A stretch of 9,649 nucleotides of DNA from an uncultured bacterium (lineage in GTDB: Bacteria; Caldisericota; Caldisericia; B22-G15), in NCBI GenBank assembly GCA_965612865.1, contig CBFDTJ010000049.1:1-9649 (forward strand), written 5' to 3'. How positions within the stretch are numbered: the stretch's first letter is position 1; every line of letters starts with the position of its first letter. Positions 6,703-9,649 of this stretch are shown here, piece after piece. The notes under the pieces were generated by a model. It was not told where the DNA came from. It did not search any database and was given only the letters and a program-made list of their open reading frames with translations. A program made the translations under genes and the position numbers.

Positions 6703-8324
6703 TGTTTGAATTTAAAAAAGTTGAGATAAAGGGAGAAATAAATTTAACAGACAAAAGAGAGAATTTCGATAAGGATGGGGTCTCTTTTCTAAAGAAGGGG
6801 GAACTTAAATACAATTTAAAATTTGATAAGGAAATCTTCATAAAGGAGGTTTCTTTATTCTTAAATATTGATGAGAAGGTAAAGTTGTTTAGAAACGGAT
6901 TTCAGTCGTGGTCGCCCTCCTTTGAAATAGAAAGGGACACAAAAATTAAAAAACCTCTTCTTCCATTCTTAAAAATTAGTTATCTTGACCCGAAAGATAG
7001 TGGAATAAAGGATTCTTATTTTCTTACATATATAAAAAGGGATAATACATATCACTTTCTCATACCAGAAAACTATAACCTCCTTGTGAAGTTTAGCCTT
7101 TTAAAGGAGGGTCTTAAAATAACTTTTGAAATAGGGAAAAGTATTAGAGAAGTGAGTCTACCGAAAATAAAAATTTCTTCCAGATTTTTATGGAAGGGTG
7201 GAAAACAAAAGGTATATGGCTGGACATCCTGGTATAGCTACTATAGAAAAATCTCTCACCAGGAAATAGAAAAAAACATAAATTCTATTAAAACTCTCCC
7301 TATAAACCTGAACTACTTTCAGATTGACGATGGATGGGAAATGTCAGTTGGGGACTGGTTTGAAAATAATAAATTTAAAGGAACCCTTAAAAAACTTGCA
7401 GACGGCATCAATAAAAACAATGTTAAGGCAGGTATATGGATGGCTCCTTTTGTAGTGGAAAAAAGATCAGAAATTTTTAGAAAGCACAGAGAATGGATTC
7501 TAAAAGACAGGAAAGGAAGAATGAAATTTGCAGGATTTAATCCTTTCTGGAGCGGGTTATTTTTCCCCTTAGATATTACGAGGGAGGATGTAAAGGATTA
7601 TATTCTTGGAAGGATAAGATACCTAAGGAAACTTGGCTTTGATCTCTTTAAATTTGATTTTCTTTACTCTCTTTTTATACCCGGAAGGCATAAAAAAGAC
7701 ATATCAAGGATGGAGCTCTTCTATGAAGGAATGAGGATATTAAAAGAAGGTGTGGAGGGAGGAGAAATTCTTGGGTGCGGAGCTCCATTTATTCTTAAGG
7801 AAGGTTTATACGATATTTTAAGAGTAGGTCCTGACACCAAGGATTCGTGGAGAGACTGGTTTCTTAATCTTATTGGATATGAAGGAGAAACTTCGGCAAT
7901 GAACTCATTAAGAAATACTCTATCAAGAAGCTTTATCCCATCAAAATTCTTTCTGAAAGACCCTGATGTAATATTTCTTAAACCAGAGAAACTAACCAGA
8001 ATTGAAATGGAAACCTTAATTATTTCAAACTTTTTTCTCTCTGACATAATATTTTTCTCTGATCCACTATACAAACTCAACAGGAACCACTTTTCTCTAC
8101 TGTTTAGTCTAAAGCAGTATGAAGACTTTACTCTAAATGAATTCCAGTGGGATAACCAGCTTTTTAAATTTAAAGGTACAGTAGGTAATGGTTCTATCTC
8201 TGGATTTGTGAATCTTGGGGATAGAAAAGTAAAAATAGAAACTAAAGATTTAAAGGAGATCCTTTTTAAAAAAGACAGGGATTTTTTGTATCCCCATGAA
8301 ACAAGGGTGTTTGTTGAAAGATGA
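6699..8324 (+). CDS. GH36 (clan GH-D) glycoside hydrolase, alpha-galactosidase/alpha-N-acetylgalactosaminidase-like
   Basis: 541 aa with NGFQSWS, GWTSWYSYY, FQIDDGW (DDGW at 7326-7337), GIWMAPF, FKFDFLY (nucleophile Asp320, 7656-7658), GCGAP, RVGPD (acid/base Asp379, 7833-7835) and DPDV. The layout resembles Thermotoga GalA. The start is either GTG 6699 or ATG 6702. Confidence 0.9.
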   Translation: MMFEFKKVEIKGEINLTDKRENFDKDGVSFLKKGELKYNLKFDKEIFIKEVSLFLNIDEKVKLFRNGFQSWSPSFEIERDTKIKKPLLPFLKISYLDPKDSGIKDSYFLTYIKRDNTYHFLIPENYNLLVKFSLLKEGLKITFEIGKSIREVSLPKIKISSRFLWKGGKQKVYGWTSWYSYYRKISHQEIEKNINSIKTLPINLNYFQIDDGWEMSVGDWFENNKFKGTLKKLADGINKNNVKAGIWMAPFVVEKRSEIFRKHREWILKDRKGRMKFAGFNPFWSGLFFPLDITREDVKDYILGRIRYLRKLGFDLFKFDFLYSLFIPGRHKKDISRMELFYEGMRILKEGVEGGEILGCGAPFILKEGLYDILRVGPDTKDSWRDWFLNLIGYEGETSAMNSLRNTLSRSFIPSKFFLKDPDVIFLKPEKLTRIEMETLIISNFFLSDIIFFSDPLYKLNRNHFSLLFSLKQYEDFTLNEFQWDNQLFKFKGTVGNGSISGFVNLGDRKVKIETKDLKEILFKKDRDFLYPHETRVFVER

Positions 8325-9229
8325 TACTAACTATAACACTTAATCTCTCTATTGATAGAACTCTTAAGATAGAGAGGTTATCAAGAGGAAAAACAAACAG
8401 AGTTGAGGTTATCTCTTCTCTTCCAGGAGGAAAGGGAATCAATGTAGCAAGATGTATAAAATCTCTTGGTGGAGATGTTTACGTAACAGGTTTTAAGGGT
8501 GGGAAAATCGGTGAATACATAGAGAGTGGCTTACTTAAAGAAGACATAACACCAATACTTTTTGAAATAGAGGAAGATAGTAGAATATGCAATATTGTTA
8601 TTGAAAAAGATGGAACAATAACAGAAATATACGAGAGGGGTCCAAAGATCTCTCAAGAAGAAAAACATGGTTTTCTAAACTTTCTTAAAGGCTTGAAGAA
8701 AAGATTCTCCCATGTGGTAATCTCTGGAAGTGTTCCTGTGGGTTTAGATTATGAATACTATAGCAAGATAGTGTATCTATTTAAAGAAAAAAAGGTCTTT
8801 ATTGATTTTAAAGGAAAGTTTCTCGTTGAAGCCTTAAAAGAAAAACCATACTTTGTAAAGATAAATGAAGAGGAATTTAAAGCTACCTTTGGAAAAGAAC
8901 CTGAGAGAGTGTTAGGGAAGATTGCAGAGGAACATGGAGTAGAAATTTTCTCTGTAACCCTTGGAGAAAAAGGGGCTCTTGCCTACTTTAATAAAAAACT
9001 TTTCCATGTATACAGTAATTTTAAATTGAATGTGGTAAATCCTGTTGGAGCCGGGGATTCCTTTATGGGTGGTTTTGTTTACTCGAATTTTCTCAACAAA
9101 GACATCTTCATCTCTTTAAAAACTGCCCTTGCCTGCGCAATGAGCAACACAACATTATTTGAGGGAGGAAAGGCTAACTTAAAAATACTAAATGAAATAT
9201 TTAATAGTGTAATAATAGAGGAGGTTTGA
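8321..9229 (+). CDS. PfkB-family hexose-phosphate kinase (1-phosphofructokinase FruK / tagatose-6-phosphate kinase LacC type)
   Basis: 302 aa with TITLNLSIDR, GGKGINVAR, GFKGG, ERGP, ISGSVP, KINEEE, VTLGEKGA and NPVGAGDSFMGG. Confidence 0.92.
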   Translation: MILTITLNLSIDRTLKIERLSRGKTNRVEVISSLPGGKGINVARCIKSLGGDVYVTGFKGGKIGEYIESGLLKEDITPILFEIEEDSRICNIVIEKDGTITEIYERGPKISQEEKHGFLNFLKGLKKRFSHVVISGSVPVGLDYEYYSKIVYLFKEKKVFIDFKGKFLVEALKEKPYFVKINEEEFKATFGKEPERVLGKIAEEHGVEIFSVTLGEKGALAYFNKKLFHVYSNFKLNVVNPVGAGDSFMGGFVYSNFLNKDIFISLKTALACAMSNTTLFEGGKANLKILNEIFNSVIIEEV

Positions 9230-9230
9230 C

Positions 9231-9579
9231 ATGGAAAAATTTTTATGGGGAACAGCAACAAGCAGCCATCAGGTAGAAGGTGGAAATTTCTATAATGATT
9301 GGTGGGAATGGGAAAAACTCGGTAAGATAAAAACAAAAGATTCATCACACCCGGCCTGTGACCATTATAATAGATACAGAGAAGACTTTGAATTGATAAA
9401 ATTCCTGAATAACAATTCTTATAGATTTTCCATAGAGTGGAGCAGGATTGAAAAAAGAGAGGGGGAGTTTGACGAAAAAGAGATAGAGCATTATGTAGAT
9501 ATGCTAAGAGAACTGAGAAAACTTAATATTGAACCAATTTTAACACTTCATCATTTTACAATTCCCATGTGGTTTAAAG
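9231..9579 (+). CDS. GH1 beta-glycosidase, N-terminal 116 aa; 3' truncated by the adapter (absent from the ORF track)
   Basis: Manual translation: MEKFLWGTATSSHQVEGGNFYNDWWEWEKLGKIKTKDSSHPACDHYNRYREDFELIKFLNNNSYRFSIEWSRIEKREGEFDEKEIEHYVDMLRELRKLNIEPILTLHHFTIPMWFK. It has the GH1 signature FLWGTATSSHQVEG, YRFSIEWSRI and TLHHF. RBS GAGGAGGT at 9218-9225; the ATG lies 1 nt after the upstream TGA. Confidence 0.95.
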
Positions 9580-9645
9580 CTGTCTCTTATACACATCTCC
9601 GAGCCCACGAGACTAGGCATGATATCGTATGCCGTCTTCTGCTTG
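9580..9645 (-). other. Illumina Nextera adapter artefact: mosaic end (9580-9598) + CCGAGCCCACGAGAC (9599-9613) + i7 index TAGGCATG (9614-9621) + P7 reverse complement (9622-9645)
   Basis: Reads CTGTCTCTTATACACATCT-CCGAGCCCACGAGAC-TAGGCATG-AT[A]TCGTATGCCGTCTTCTGCTTG followed by AAAA, with one mismatch (9624, C>A). The index matches N706 as I recall it. Confidence 0.99.
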
Positions 9646-9649
9646 AAAA

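Noticed and set aside
7721..8080. 119-aa minus-strand ORF
   Set aside because: Antisense to the GH36 catalytic region, with no independent evidence.
9079..9348. 89-aa minus-strand ORF
   Set aside because: Overlaps the PfkB and GH1 genes on the opposite strand, and both of those are strongly supported.
75..9579. CRISPR arrays, tRNA/rRNA, riboswitches, intrinsic terminators or defence genes
   Set aside because: None was seen. The insert is almost fully coding, and the only intergenic stretch of any size (252-389) has no repeat-spacer pattern or GC-rich hairpin with a U-tract.
56..9598. 19-bp terminal inverted repeats (Tn5 mosaic ends) that could suggest a composite transposon carrying the operon
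   Set aside because: They sit within complete Nextera P5/P7 adapters with index sequences, and no transposase is present. They are a library artefact.

Overview
The window holds about 9.5 kb of AT-rich prokaryotic DNA (75-9579) between two untrimmed Illumina Nextera adapters: P5/i5/mosaic end at 5-74 and mosaic end/i7/P7 at 9580-9645. Both terminal genes are therefore truncated, and the ends are library artefacts. The biological insert has two parts. One is the 5' end of a minus-strand COG2403-type gene (cDPG-synthetase-like 'GTPase', ArcE-like). The other, across a 138-bp divergent promoter region with a perfect 8-8-8 palindrome, is a tightly coupled operon of at least 8 genes on the plus strand. 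In order these are a PIG-L/LmbE (CE14) deacetylase resembling Thermococcales Dac, a divergent SIS-fold PGI/PMI-like isomerase, a ROK sugar kinase, a 756-aa (alpha/alpha)6 glycosidase-like protein I cannot assign to a family, an MFS transporter, a GH36 glycosidase, a FruK/LacC-type PfkB kinase and a truncated GH1 glycosidase that is missing from the ORF track. The most interesting reading, which is inference, is a non-canonical pathway for import and intracellular breakdown of an N-acetylhexosamine-containing glycoside, possibly GalNAc to tagatose-6-P. No NagA/AgaA, NagB/AgaS or PTS genes are present in the window. Family calls come from motif recognition only; no database searches were run.
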